Below, piece after piece: positions 54,120-63,404 of a DNA stretch of 64,000 nt; the first letter of the stretch is position 1, and each line of letters opens with the position of its first letter. The notes under the pieces were generated by a model. That model searched no databases. It was not told the origin of the DNA and was given only the letters and a program-made list of their open reading frames with translations. The stretch covers positions 13,370 to 77,369 of the forward strand of contig CAMPCD010000002.1 in NCBI GenBank assembly GCA_946643435.1. The letters are read 5' to 3'. Source of the DNA: an uncultured bacterium. GTDB lineage: Bacteria; Bacillota_I; Bacilli_A; RF39; UBA660. The position numbers and the translations under genes are program-made.

Positions 54120-54979
54120 GTCGTAGTTATCAACCTTATAGATTTAAAAGAGAGTATATACCAGTTATCATTGCAATATTAATACTAGGATTATTAATAG
54201 CTGCATTAGTATATACAATTACATATAAACCAAAAACTAAAGATCAATATTATGAAGAAAACTCAGTTGCAACTGATGAAGTAATTGTTGATACAAGTAA
54301 TACTGTATGTACTGAAGAAGTAAATAATAAAATTAAAGAAGATGCAAAAAATGTAAATATTAAATATGAAGTTGTATCAGATTATTACTTTGGTAAAGCA
54401 GATGAACTTGACACTGATTTAAATGGTGATGGTGAATTTGGTGAAATAGACATATACGGTCCTGCATTAAGAATATCCATTGAAGGAATAACTGATAATG
54501 TATATGTTAAACTTGAAAATGACTTAGACTATCAAGTTCAAACATATAAAGCAAGTGATGCACAAGATGGAATTGTTAAGTTCGATCAAACAGAAAATGC
54601 TTATATAAGAACATATGATGTTAAAGTTTATTCAGCAAATACTGAATGTGGAGAAGTACTATTTAGAGAGTTTACTTTTAAACTTCCTAGATTAAATGAA
54701 CTAAGACAAACAAACGCTTGTAGTGAATACCCTGATATGAAAATGTGTTCTTCATTTGTTTGGGAGCAAGATGAACCTACATTAAGAAATGCTATAACTA
54801 AAGAATACAAAGAATTCAAACGTGAAGCAGAAGAAAAGAAACAACAAGAAGAACAAGAACAAAACAAGAGTATATTTGAAAAGATTAAAGATAATAAGGT
54901 GTTAATGATTGCTATAGTAGCATGTGTTGTTGTAGTAATTGGTGTAGTTGTGATAGTTATAAAAAGGAGAAGAAAGTAA
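54116..54979 (+). CDS. membrane protein with N- and C-terminal TM helices, paralogue 2 of the upstream gene
   Basis: ATGA start/stop overlap. Shared blocks: CT..V..KI...A.NV...YE, I.I.(N/G)(L/I)TD(D/N).YV, (G/E)C..(T/V)L...T..KPR.N...Q...C..Y....MC. C-terminal TM plus KRRRK. Confidence 0.6.
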   Translation: MSRSYQPYRFKREYIPVIIAILILGLLIAALVYTITYKPKTKDQYYEENSVATDEVIVDTSNTVCTEEVNNKIKEDAKNVNIKYEVVSDYYFGKADELDTDLNGDGEFGEIDIYGPALRISIEGITDNVYVKLENDLDYQVQTYKASDAQDGIVKFDQTENAYIRTYDVKVYSANTECGEVLFREFTFKLPRLNELRQTNACSEYPDMKMCSSFVWEQDEPTLRNAITKEYKEFKREAEEKKQQEEQEQNKSIFEKIKDNKVLMIAIVACVVVVIGVVVIVIKRRRK

Positions 54980-54980
54980 T

Positions 54981-57900
54981 ATGAAGACTAAGAGATTATT
55001 ATTTATACTTATAACTATTATAATGTTAACTGCAACTACATCTGTTAATGCCGCATATGAGAAAACTGGAACTATAACAGGACATGTTAATTTTGGTTCA
55101 GCAATTCCTATGGACTTAGGATGTTCAAGTTGTACACATGCTTATAAGTACTTTGATTATCAATTTATTCCTGATGGTGGTGGAGGACCTTATCCTGCAT
55201 ACTGTATTTCTCCAGATTATACTGGATCTCATGGTTTAAATTTATCATGTGAATTAGCTAATCCTAAGAATTATGCTGAAGCATACTATTTATTAAGTAA
55301 GTATGGTGCTACTGCAGACAAAGCTGCGTTAGCTTTAGCTATACGTGTAGCAGGTTTCCAAAGTAATGGTATTGAGGATAATGACAACTTTGCAATGGAA
55401 GCAACTCAACAATATCGTATAGCATTCGCTGCATCAACTATGTATTATATGGGTATTGCTCAAGATCCAAAATTTGATGGATATGTTTTAAGAAGTGGAA
55501 TTGCTCCTAGCGCATTTGCTATGTGGAAAGATGCTACATTAGTTGCAAATGATCAAAGAGCTAAAGGAACATTAAAAGATAATATAACTACAACTTATAC
55601 TGCGAGTACTATTACTGAAGAGGCTGGTGCTCAAGGAAAGTTAGTTAAGTTAACTGTAAAAGAAGTTATTGAAAGTGAAAATGGTTCTGGGGCAAAAATA
55701 GTTAAGTATAGAATCGATAAAACTGTTCCTGGTGAACTAGGAAGACTAAAAGTAATAAGTGATGGTAATGTAATTGCATCAGTTAAAGAATGGAATGGTA
55801 CAACTGGAGAACTTGTTGTAACACCTACAAGTGAAACAAATTGTGAAGGAAGTATCATAATTACTGCTGCTGATGTTCAACAGGTAAGTGGCGAGCCTGG
55901 TAAAACAATTTATAAATGCTCAGGTAATGGAAATGAAACACAACAATTCTTAATATTGGGACCTGATTTAATCGGTGATGAATTCCCAGTAAAATTCGAC
56001 TGTGATAGCTGTGAGGAAGCTGGTGAAGGTGATGCTGGAGATGACTGTACAACATTTAGATTACCTGGTGATCCAGTATATGACTCTAATAACTGCTGTG
56101 AAGATGGTGGATATAAAAACTTCCGTCAAGAAATATTAAATAACATCTTCTGTTATAACAAAACTTTAGATGTTCAAAATTATAAATTAAAATGTGGTGC
56201 TGAAGTTTATTTAGACACAGTAATAGATGAAGAATTCTGCTCTTTATATTGTGTTCAATCAATGCATTATAAACTTCCTGGAGTAACTTATGCTAAGGCT
56301 GGTAGATATTTCAAACTAGCTAGTCAAGGCTCTGGTGAAGGTGGAGAAATAACAGGACCAATATTAACAATGTACTATAGATGTAGAACATTAATTAATT
56401 ATGAAAAATGGTATGGTAGATACTTTGGTGAAGTTGAAAAACAAGTAGAAGGTTATAATAAACATCAACAAAATAAAGCATATCAAATGGTATGGGAAGA
56501 TTTAAAAGTTGAAGGCGAAAAAGAAAGTAGAAAGATCAGTTTGAATTCGGATACAGGAATAACTGAAGTTGCATGTGAATGGGAATATAGCTGGTCTTGG
56601 GATTGTACACAAACAACATACGTTAATGGTTCGCCAGTAGTTACTGACGCCGATCAAGATGGTACTAGTAACAGTGGTACTGAGAAAAAATCTATTACCG
56701 ATGTTAAATCTCGTAGTTATAAATTTGATTATGTTCAAGCAAGTACAAATAATAAGTATAAATATAATGTTATAAAAATAGATGCCGATGGAGGACCTGA
56801 ACACACTGCATTTGATGGTGAAAAGAAATATACATATATTAATGTAGTATATGATCATGTTGAAAGTCCAAGTGATGGAACTAGATACTTAAATAAATCA
56901 GATGTTGAAAAATGGGAAGGAAACTTTGATAAAGCTCATACAGATGCTAAGAAAGATGCACAAGATAAATATGATGCAGCTAAGGCTGCTGGTGGTAAAG
57001 CTACAAATCCAAGTAACAGTAGTACTGGATTATCTTGTAGTCAATCTGTTACAGACAAAGCTCCTTCATGTACATCAAAACCTAGTCCTGGTGTAAAAGT
57101 TGATCCAGACAAAAAGATTAGTGATTATAGAACTGCTAAAGAAAATGGTGGCGATGTAGTTGAAAACGCTGCAAAAGAAGCTAAGAGCTTGGAAGAAAGA
57201 TTAACTAAATGTGATACAGAAGCAGAAAAGATAGTTAAAATAACTGAAACTCCTGAAATGCAATTCTCTTATACACAAGCATATATTAATGATTATGGTA
57301 AAGTTCAAACTGATTTAAGAACGATTCCATTTACAAGACATTGTTCTGAGGGTACTCAACACGGTGGTGAAAGTTCATGGAACCCTGATGGAGATTCTGG
57401 TGGTGCTAGTGGACAACATGGTATTGATGCAGATAAATATTCAATAAAAGAATATAAAACTGGAATTGATACAGTTACAGATTTTGCAACTGCTGGTGGA
57501 CATTGGGTTGATACATTATTCCCATTCTCAACATCATTTGGTAAAAAAGCTATAGTTAAAGATCATAAGGATTCAGAATATGAATCACATAAGAACTTTA
57601 CTACTGATGATGTTGCATGGAAAGAATGTTATTGGACAGATTCAGAAAACAATAAATTATATACATTAGTTCCTGCTGGTGAAGTTGGATATGTAACAAC
57701 AGAAAACTATACAATTCATGATAGAACATACTTTGTTACAAAGACACATATGGAAGGTGAATTCCAAACATATTTCACAATGAGTAATGTTGGTAAAGAT
57801 TACTTATGGGATGAATTCTTACTTAAGACAGATACATGTAAGGGTGGTCCTGAAGATGGAGCAACTTCTACATGTAAGATTATAATTGATAATGAGATCC

Positions 57901-58430
57901 CTAAAACAGGTAAGTGTAATGAAGTTGTTACTACAGATACAGATATTTGTCATTCTTGTTATGGTGATAAACAATGTGGAAACGTTACTATTCCATTTGA
58001 ATATAAAGAAATAGATAATCTTAATCCATTTGTATATGATGAATTATATAAGAATTCAGTAGCTCATAACTGGTTAGTAGATCCTGTAGGTAAAGCAGAG
58101 TTAAGTAAAATTGTTGAAACAGCTAAGAAGGATAAAACTTATGCTCCTGAAAATTTAACATATTCATTTACTTTAACTCCTAAAGATTTAAAAGCTATTA
58201 GATCTTATAATAAAAAGAGATTATATCAAGGTGGATATACTGATTTCACACTTGAATGCCAAGACGGAGTAAAAACTGAAAATGGTGTAGCAGAAAGATG
58301 TTATTCTAAATTCTTAACTGCTATATCTGGTGGTAGTGGCTTTGAAGGATTAGAGATAAATACATTTAATGGTAATATTAATTCTGTTAGAGAAAGATTA
58401 AGATGGAATTATAATAACATAGAAAGGTGA
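54981..58430 (+). CDS. large secreted Cys-rich protein (1149 aa, hypothetical)
   Basis: Signal peptide LTATTSVNAAYE. Clustered Cys motifs (DCDSCEE, NNCCEDGG, CSLYCV, CHSCYGDKQCG). No anchor motif and no recognised domain. Confidence 0.7.
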   Translation: MKTKRLLFILITIIMLTATTSVNAAYEKTGTITGHVNFGSAIPMDLGCSSCTHAYKYFDYQFIPDGGGGPYPAYCISPDYTGSHGLNLSCELANPKNYAEAYYLLSKYGATADKAALALAIRVAGFQSNGIEDNDNFAMEATQQYRIAFAASTMYYMGIAQDPKFDGYVLRSGIAPSAFAMWKDATLVANDQRAKGTLKDNITTTYTASTITEEAGAQGKLVKLTVKEVIESENGSGAKIVKYRIDKTVPGELGRLKVISDGNVIASVKEWNGTTGELVVTPTSETNCEGSIIITAADVQQVSGEPGKTIYKCSGNGNETQQFLILGPDLIGDEFPVKFDCDSCEEAGEGDAGDDCTTFRLPGDPVYDSNNCCEDGGYKNFRQEILNNIFCYNKTLDVQNYKLKCGAEVYLDTVIDEEFCSLYCVQSMHYKLPGVTYAKAGRYFKLASQGSGEGGEITGPILTMYYRCRTLINYEKWYGRYFGEVEKQVEGYNKHQQNKAYQMVWEDLKVEGEKESRKISLNSDTGITEVACEWEYSWSWDCTQTTYVNGSPVVTDADQDGTSNSGTEKKSITDVKSRSYKFDYVQASTNNKYKYNVIKIDADGGPEHTAFDGEKKYTYINVVYDHVESPSDGTRYLNKSDVEKWEGNFDKAHTDAKKDAQDKYDAAKAAGGKATNPSNSSTGLSCSQSVTDKAPSCTSKPSPGVKVDPDKKISDYRTAKENGGDVVENAAKEAKSLEERLTKCDTEAEKIVKITETPEMQFSYTQAYINDYGKVQTDLRTIPFTRHCSEGTQHGGESSWNPDGDSGGASGQHGIDADKYSIKEYKTGIDTVTDFATAGGHWVDTLFPFSTSFGKKAIVKDHKDSEYESHKNFTTDDVAWKECYWTDSENNKLYTLVPAGEVGYVTTENYTIHDRTYFVTKTHMEGEFQTYFTMSNVGKDYLWDEFLLKTDTCKGGPEDGATSTCKIIIDNEIPKTGKCNEVVTTDTDICHSCYGDKQCGNVTIPFEYKEIDNLNPFVYDELYKNSVAHNWLVDPVGKAELSKIVETAKKDKTYAPENLTYSFTLTPKDLKAIRSYNKKRLYQGGYTDFTLECQDGVKTENGVAERCYSKFLTAISGGSGFEGLEINTFNGNINSVRERLRWNYNNIER

Positions 58431-58438
58431 TGTAGCAA

Positions 58439-58948
58439 ATGAAGGAAAGCATTTGGGGATACTGGATTGTAGTATTAGGTATTTCAATATTTGCAATAAT
58501 GATATTATTGCAAAACTATTCAATAACAGATGAACAATCATTCTTTCTTGTTAAAGAATCTCTATCAGCTGCCATGAAGGAATCGGTTGACTATGGTTAT
58601 ATTGCGGATTCTCCAAAAAATCCAATTACTCCAGACAACTATAAAGATACTAAAAATTATGGTAGATTAAAGATTAATAGAGAAAAAGTTATTGAAAACT
58701 TTATTAGAAGATTTGCTGAATCTGTAGATATTAATAAAACATATAATATTAATTTCTATAATGTTTCTGAAGTTCCTCCATGTATTTCTGTTGAGGTAAC
58801 TGCAAATACTACTCCTTCTTCATTTGGTCAATGGCAAACAGCTGCTGATACTGAAGTAGTAACATCAAGTAGATTTACAGGAATACTATTTACAACAGAA
58901 GACTATAACTATTGTTGGGATTTCAACAATGATGGCAAATGTGATTAA
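58439..58948 (+). CDS. small N-terminally anchored protein (hypothetical)
   Basis: N-terminal TM WGYWIVVLGISIFAIMILL. Last gene of the operon, followed by a terminator. Confidence 0.55.
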   Translation: MKESIWGYWIVVLGISIFAIMILLQNYSITDEQSFFLVKESLSAAMKESVDYGYIADSPKNPITPDNYKDTKNYGRLKINREKVIENFIRRFAESVDINKTYNINFYNVSEVPPCISVEVTANTTPSSFGQWQTAADTEVVTSSRFTGILFTTEDYNYCWDFNNDGKCD

Positions 58949-58952
58949 TAAA

Positions 58953-58980
58953 AAAGATGCTTTATAAAAGCATCTTTTTA
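58953..58980 (+). terminator. intrinsic terminator
   Basis: Hairpin aaagatgcttt/aaagcatcttt followed by a T run. Confidence 0.7.
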
Positions 58981-59005
58981 TTTTATAATTAATATAGGTG
59001 ATAAT

Positions 59006-59917
59006 ATGAATAATAAAGTGGTTGTTATTGGTTGTGGTAATGTTGGTATGTCATATGCATATGCATTACTTAATCAAGGTAGCAGAGTAGATGAACTAGT
59101 ATTAATAGATGTTAATAAAGAAAAGATAATTGGTGAAGCTGAAGATTTAAATCATGCATTACCATATGCTCCTTGGAAAGTAGATGTTAAAGCAGGTGAT
59201 TATTCTGACTGTGGAGATGCAAGAATAATTGTTATAGCTGCTGGTGCTAATCAAAAAGAAGGAGAAACTAGATTAGATTTATTGAATAAGAATTCAGTCA
59301 TATTTAAGGACATAATATCTAATGTTATGAGTACAGGTTTTGATGGAGTATTTGTTGTAGCAACTAACCCCCTTGATGTTATGACTTATTTGACATGGAA
59401 ATATTCTAAATTACCATCATATAAAGTAATAGGATCTGGTACTACATTAGATACAGCTAGATTACAATATATGATAGGTGAGAAAACAAATGTTAATCCA
59501 AAAGATGTAGATGCTTATGTTATGGGTGAACATGGTGATTCTGAGTTTATTCCATGGTCATCTGCTGTAATAGCACAACAAAGTATAGATAATTATTTAA
59601 CTAAAGATGAAATGTTGAAAATTGCTGATGAAGTAAAGAATTCAGCATATGATATTATTAAGCGTAAAGGTGCAACTTATTATGGAATAGGTGCATCATT
59701 AGTAAAAATTACTAATGCTATATTAGAAGATGAGCATAGTATATTATCTATATCTAATTATGATCCAGATAATCAAATATTTATCTCAACACCTTGTATA
59801 ATTAATAAAAATGGAGTATTTAAGCGTATTTTTGTACAATTAAATGAAGAAGAAACAGCTAAAATGGCTAATAGTGTTAAGGTTATTAAAGATGCTATAG
59901 ATTCTATAAATGAATAA
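59006..59917 (+). CDS. ldh: L-lactate dehydrogenase
   Basis: VVVIGCGNVGMSYAYAL NAD motif, GANQKEGETRLDLL, LDTARL and GEHGDSEF motifs. Confidence 0.9.
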   Translation: MNNKVVVIGCGNVGMSYAYALLNQGSRVDELVLIDVNKEKIIGEAEDLNHALPYAPWKVDVKAGDYSDCGDARIIVIAAGANQKEGETRLDLLNKNSVIFKDIISNVMSTGFDGVFVVATNPLDVMTYLTWKYSKLPSYKVIGSGTTLDTARLQYMIGEKTNVNPKDVDAYVMGEHGDSEFIPWSSAVIAQQSIDNYLTKDEMLKIADEVKNSAYDIIKRKGATYYGIGASLVKITNAILEDEHSILSISNYDPDNQIFISTPCIINKNGVFKRIFVQLNEEETAKMANSVKVIKDAIDSINE

Positions 59918-59948
59918 AAAAAGACCAGTTCAAATGAACTGGTTTTTA
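59916..59948 (+). terminator. intrinsic terminator after ldh
   Basis: A7 run, hairpin accagttc/gaactggt, then T5. Confidence 0.7.
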
Positions 59949-59954
59949 TTATAC

Positions 59955-59985
59955 TTTCAAAAATAAAATGCTCAATAAGAGCATT
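59955..59985 (-). terminator. intrinsic terminator after the tRNA pair (minus strand)
   Basis: Hairpin aatgctc/gagcatt. On the minus strand it is followed by TTATTTTTG. Confidence 0.5.
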
Positions 59986-59995
59986 ATTTTATCGA

Positions 59996-60080
59996 TGGTG
60001 CGGGTAAGAGGACTTGAACCTCCACGGAGTAATCCACTAGATCCTAAGTCTAGCGCGTCTGCCAATTTCGCCATACCCGC
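59996..60080 (-). tRNA. tRNA-Leu (anticodon UAG), CCA encoded
   Basis: The reverse complement folds as a cloverleaf: acceptor GCGGGTA/TACCCGC, anticodon stem CTAGA/TCTAG with loop CTTAGGA, a long variable arm, T arm GGAGG-TTCAAGT-CCTCT, and 3' ACCA. Confidence 0.9.
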
Positions 60081-60090
60081 ATAAAAAAAA

Positions 60091-60167
60091 TGGTGGATCT
60101 TATAGGACTCGAACCTATGACCGCCCGGTTATGAGCCGGATGCTCTAACCAACTGAGCTAAAGATCC
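60091..60167 (-). tRNA. tRNA with CAU anticodon (elongator Met or lysidine-dependent Ile2), CCA encoded
   Basis: Acceptor GGATCTT/AAGATCC with a paired 1:72 position (so not an initiator), D arm GCTC-AGTTGGTTA-GAGC, anticodon loop CTCATAA, T arm ATAGG-TTCGAGT-CCTAT. Confidence 0.88.
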
Positions 60168-60191
60168 ATTTCATGTCTTGCTGACTACTCA

Positions 60192-60220
60192 AATATAACA
60201 CATATTTTTGATTGATGCAA
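60192..60220 (-). promoter_or_regulatory. tRNA operon promoter TTGCAT-17-TATATT (minus strand)
   Basis: On the minus strand: TTGCAT (60220-60215), a 17-nt spacer, TATATT (60197-60192). Lies ~25 nt upstream of the tRNA 5' end. Confidence 0.45.
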
Positions 60221-60227
60221 GACTTTT

Positions 60228-60256
60228 TTGCATTTTATAAACCTCTGTGCTATAAT
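60228..60256 (+). promoter_or_regulatory. promoter TTGCAT-17-TATAAT with TG extension (distal, adhesin operon)
   Basis: TTGCAT 60228-60233 and TGcTATAAT 60248-60256. Confidence 0.45.
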
Positions 60257-60325
60257 AGGAAACCATTAGAAAAGAAAGGTTTGTTGTGCTGCTAATTTTC
60301 TAATTAAATCTAAGCGTCTGAAAAT

Positions 60326-60353
60326 TTGCAATTTTTAGGAATTGTGGTATAAT
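60326..60353 (+). promoter_or_regulatory. promoter TTGCAA-16-TATAAT with TGTGGTATAAT element (proximal, adhesin operon)
   Basis: TTGCAA 60326-60331 and TGTGGTATAAT 60343-60353, ~25 nt upstream of GGGGGAAAGGG and ATG 60382. Confidence 0.5.
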
Positions 60354-60381
60354 AAGACGCAATTCAAGGGGGAAAGGGATT

Positions 60382-62022
60382 ATGAAGAGATTTAAATTTT
60401 TAACAATCATGATGATCTTAGCTGCATTCTTATTTGGTGGTATTGTAACAGTTAATGCTGATACAATTTTACCAAAGACATTCGTTACTCACAAAGATGA
60501 TAGAGTAAAATTAAACTACATCAAATATGTAGACTCTGCTGGTAATAACGATGATTATGCATTAATCGCTAAGAAAGCAACAGATGGTACATATGTATAT
60601 TGTATAGACTTACATAAGAAATATGATGGAAATCTTACATATACTAAAACAGGTACTATGGATGAAGGTATAGAATATATCTTAAAGCATAAATCAAATA
60701 CTGGTGATGCTAATAAAGACTTCTATATCACACAAATGGCCGTTTATTTCTATCAAGACTGGTTAAATAATAATGACAACAATTTACAAGAACCATTCAA
60801 GAAATTAATCGTTGCCGCAGCTACAATTGAAAATGCTGAAGTAGATGCTACTACTAAAGAAGTATCTAAAGCAATCTATAAGTTATGGGCAGACGCTGTT
60901 CATTATAGACAATCATATGTAGCAAAAAATGGTTATATTAATATAACTACAAACTCAGTAAAATTCACACAAAAAGATGGTTACTTTGAATCTTCTAAGA
61001 TTTATGTAGATTCAGGGAACTTAATTGGTGATATGAGTAAAACAATGATCAATGCTACTCCTAATACAAGAATATTAAGAGATAAAGCAGATGGTGGTTA
61101 TGTAGTAAGAGTTCCTGTTACTGACATACCTGAAGGTAAAAAAGTTACTTTCACATTAAAATGGGCAGGACAATATAATGATGAATCAGCATGGTATTAT
61201 TATACTAATGATGCACATCAAAGATTACTATATGACAAGATAGAAACTGAAACAAAAGATGTTCAAGCAACTATCACATTAACAGTTAAAAATTATATTG
61301 AAAATTATCAAGTTAAAATCAGTAAAACTGATGTAACTCAACAATATGAAATACCAGGTGCTACTTTAGTAGTTAAAGATGCAAATGGTAAAGAAATTGA
61401 AACTTGGGTTTCAACAACAGAAACTCATAAATTAGTATTAGCTGAAGGTGAATATAGTTTAACTGAAACTATTGCACCAAAAGGCTACAGATTAAGCACA
61501 ACAACTATTTACTTCAAACTTGATGAAAACGGCAGAATATATGCTAAAGTAAATGGTAACTATGTACAAGTTGATAAGATTAATATGATTAATGAATTAA
61601 AAGATGTAACTTCAATCGCTAAGAAAGATGCATCAAATGATAAGTATTTACCTGGAGCTACTTTAGTTGTTAAAGATAACAAAGGTAATGTAGTTCAAGA
61701 ATTCGTATCAAATGATTCAGTATATCAATTAGTATTACAACCTGGTGAATATACATTAGAAGAAAAAGCTGCACCTAGTGGTTATATCCTAAGTAAAGAT
61801 AAAGTTTCATTTAGAGTATTAGTAAGTGGAGCTTTACAAGTTAAGAATAGTAATGGGGTTTATGAAGATAGTGTTATGGTAGTATTCTATAATACTCCTG
61901 AAAAAGAAGAAGAAGTCATTGTTCCAAGTACTGGAGCTTCTGGATTATTCATGACAATTGCAGGTTTAACACTATTAATTTCTGGTGTGGTTTATGTTAC
62001 TAAAACTACAAAAGAATGCTAA
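60382..62022 (+). CDS. cell-wall-anchored adhesin: thioester (TQxA-like) domain + two CnaB/SpaA-type domains + VPSTG sorting signal
   Basis: Signal peptide. YVYCIDLHKK (Cys74) and FYITQMAVYFY (Gln118) fit the thioester-domain Cys and TQxA(I/V)W pattern. Two repeats carry E-box-like YSLTETIAPKGY and YTLEEKAAPSGY. C-terminal VPSTGAS, a hydrophobic helix, and TKTTKEC. Confidence 0.75.
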   Translation: MKRFKFLTIMMILAAFLFGGIVTVNADTILPKTFVTHKDDRVKLNYIKYVDSAGNNDDYALIAKKATDGTYVYCIDLHKKYDGNLTYTKTGTMDEGIEYILKHKSNTGDANKDFYITQMAVYFYQDWLNNNDNNLQEPFKKLIVAAATIENAEVDATTKEVSKAIYKLWADAVHYRQSYVAKNGYINITTNSVKFTQKDGYFESSKIYVDSGNLIGDMSKTMINATPNTRILRDKADGGYVVRVPVTDIPEGKKVTFTLKWAGQYNDESAWYYYTNDAHQRLLYDKIETETKDVQATITLTVKNYIENYQVKISKTDVTQQYEIPGATLVVKDANGKEIETWVSTTETHKLVLAEGEYSLTETIAPKGYRLSTTTIYFKLDENGRIYAKVNGNYVQVDKINMINELKDVTSIAKKDASNDKYLPGATLVVKDNKGNVVQEFVSNDSVYQLVLQPGEYTLEEKAAPSGYILSKDKVSFRVLVSGALQVKNSNGVYEDSVMVVFYNTPEKEEEVIVPSTGASGLFMTIAGLTLLISGVVYVTKTTKEC

Positions 62023-62626
62023 GATAACCCTTAGTATTCTTTTCATCTTTATAGGTATTGCCTTATTAACATTCAATTATTTTGGATCAGTTAAGTCAAA
62101 CCTATTTAATGAAAAAAATATAGAGTTATTAAGTCAACAAATTGAATTACCTGAAGAGGTAAAAACAATAGATGAAGAAGAACCCGACATTACTAGTCCA
62201 GTGCAACCATCTACTACTGGTTATATAGGTTATTTATCAGTACCTGATGTTAATATTAAAAGAGGTTTTGTAGACTTTGATAATCCAGATAATACATTAA
62301 GTAAAAACATAATGCTTATTAAAGGATCATCAATGCCTGATGTAAAAAACGGAAACTTAATATTAGCTGGTCACAATGGTAGATCATGGTATTCATTCTT
62401 CAATGACTTATATAAACTTAAAGATGGTGCTCATGCATATGTTACCTATAATGGTAGAGTGTATGACTATACATTAAAAAATAGATATGATGTACCTAAG
62501 ATTGGTACAATAACAGTCCAAAGAAATGGAGACGTTAATACATTAACATTGATTACATGTCATAGAACAGATAATCATAAACAAGTTGTATTTATATTTG
62601 AATTATCAAATGTAACTATAGCTTAA
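61994..62626 (+). CDS. sortase-family transpeptidase (class not assigned)
   Basis: N-terminal TM, GYLSVPDVNIKRGF, LILAGHNG (His), TLTLITCH (Cys). Overlaps the adhesin 3' end. Start is 61985 (GTG) or 61994 (ATG). Confidence 0.75.
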   Translation: MLLKLQKNAKITLSILFIFIGIALLTFNYFGSVKSNLFNEKNIELLSQQIELPEEVKTIDEEEPDITSPVQPSTTGYIGYLSVPDVNIKRGFVDFDNPDNTLSKNIMLIKGSSMPDVKNGNLILAGHNGRSWYSFFNDLYKLKDGAHAYVTYNGRVYDYTLKNRYDVPKIGTITVQRNGDVNTLTLITCHRTDNHKQVVFIFELSNVTIA

Positions 62627-62646
62627 TAAAAAGGGAAGTGATAATA

Positions 62647-63372
62647 ATGAAGGAATTAACATTATTACAAATTTTAAAGAATGCTTTTAAAGCTATAATT
62701 AATTCGGAAGTATTAGTACTTATTATATTAGAGTTAGCTATTCTATTATTATCTATTGGTTTCAGTAAGGTAATAAGTAAGAAATTAGTTAAGTCTGTAG
62801 CAACTGTTGCAAGTATAGTAATTGCTGTATTCTATGGTATTAATTATATTGATACTTTAACAGTATTCATGGATAATGTAACTACTAAATTAATGGAATT
62901 TATATATTTTCCATCTACTTTAGAATTCTTAGCAACTATGGTAATATCATTTATTATAATGTTTGTTACTTTAGCTAATAAGAAAGAAAAAAAATTAGTA
63001 AAAGTATTAAATGTTGCTGTTCCAGTAACAATATCATTCTTATTCTTATGTATTATAGAATATATGAATGGTGCAAATATTGAATTTAATGAATTCGCTA
63101 TATTCACTGAACCTGTATTAATGAGTTTAAATGAATTAGCAATTGGTTTATTTGTAGCATGGATAATATCATTAATTATTTATAAGGTAGATGTTCATGT
63201 AATAAGAAGAGCAAATGCTAAGAAAATAGTTGAATCTAATGTACTAGAAATGCCTGAAATCAGAATACCTGGTGTTCAAGCAAGTAATACATTAGTAACA
63301 GTTAATTTAAATAATCTTGAGTCAGCTGATGACGAAGATATTGAATTACCTAAACTAAAATCAGAAATATAA
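62647..63372 (+). CDS. hypothetical polytopic membrane protein
   Basis: About six TM helices and an acidic C-terminus. AAGGGAAG RBS before ATG 62647. Sits between the two sortase genes. Confidence 0.55.
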   Translation: MKELTLLQILKNAFKAIINSEVLVLIILELAILLLSIGFSKVISKKLVKSVATVASIVIAVFYGINYIDTLTVFMDNVTTKLMEFIYFPSTLEFLATMVISFIIMFVTLANKKEKKLVKVLNVAVPVTISFLFLCIIEYMNGANIEFNEFAIFTEPVLMSLNELAIGLFVAWIISLIIYKVDVHVIRRANAKKIVESNVLEMPEIRIPGVQASNTLVTVNLNNLESADDEDIELPKLKSEI

Positions 63373-63373
63373 T

Positions 63374-63402
63374 AAAAAGGATGTTTAGTAACATCCTTTT
63401 TA
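63374..63402. terminator. bidirectional terminator between convergent genes
   Basis: A5 run, hairpin aaggatgt/acatcctt, then T5. Confidence 0.65.
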
Positions 63403-63404
63403 AT

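Noticed and set aside
54981-55500. N-terminus of the 1149-aa protein as a second thioester domain (PAYCISPDYTG ... AEAYYLLSKYG ... AALALAIRVAGF).
   Set aside because: The Cys context is suggestive, but there is no TQxA(I/V)W-like Gln motif where expected (ALALAIR instead). That is insufficient evidence.
61994-62626. Apparent absence of the catalytic Arg in the first sortase (…TLITCHRTDNHKQVVFIFEL, with Lys where SrtA has Arg197).
   Set aside because: Alignment by eye of this loop is unreliable, and an Arg two residues after the Cys or a register shift could supply it. It is not solid enough to claim an inactive enzyme.
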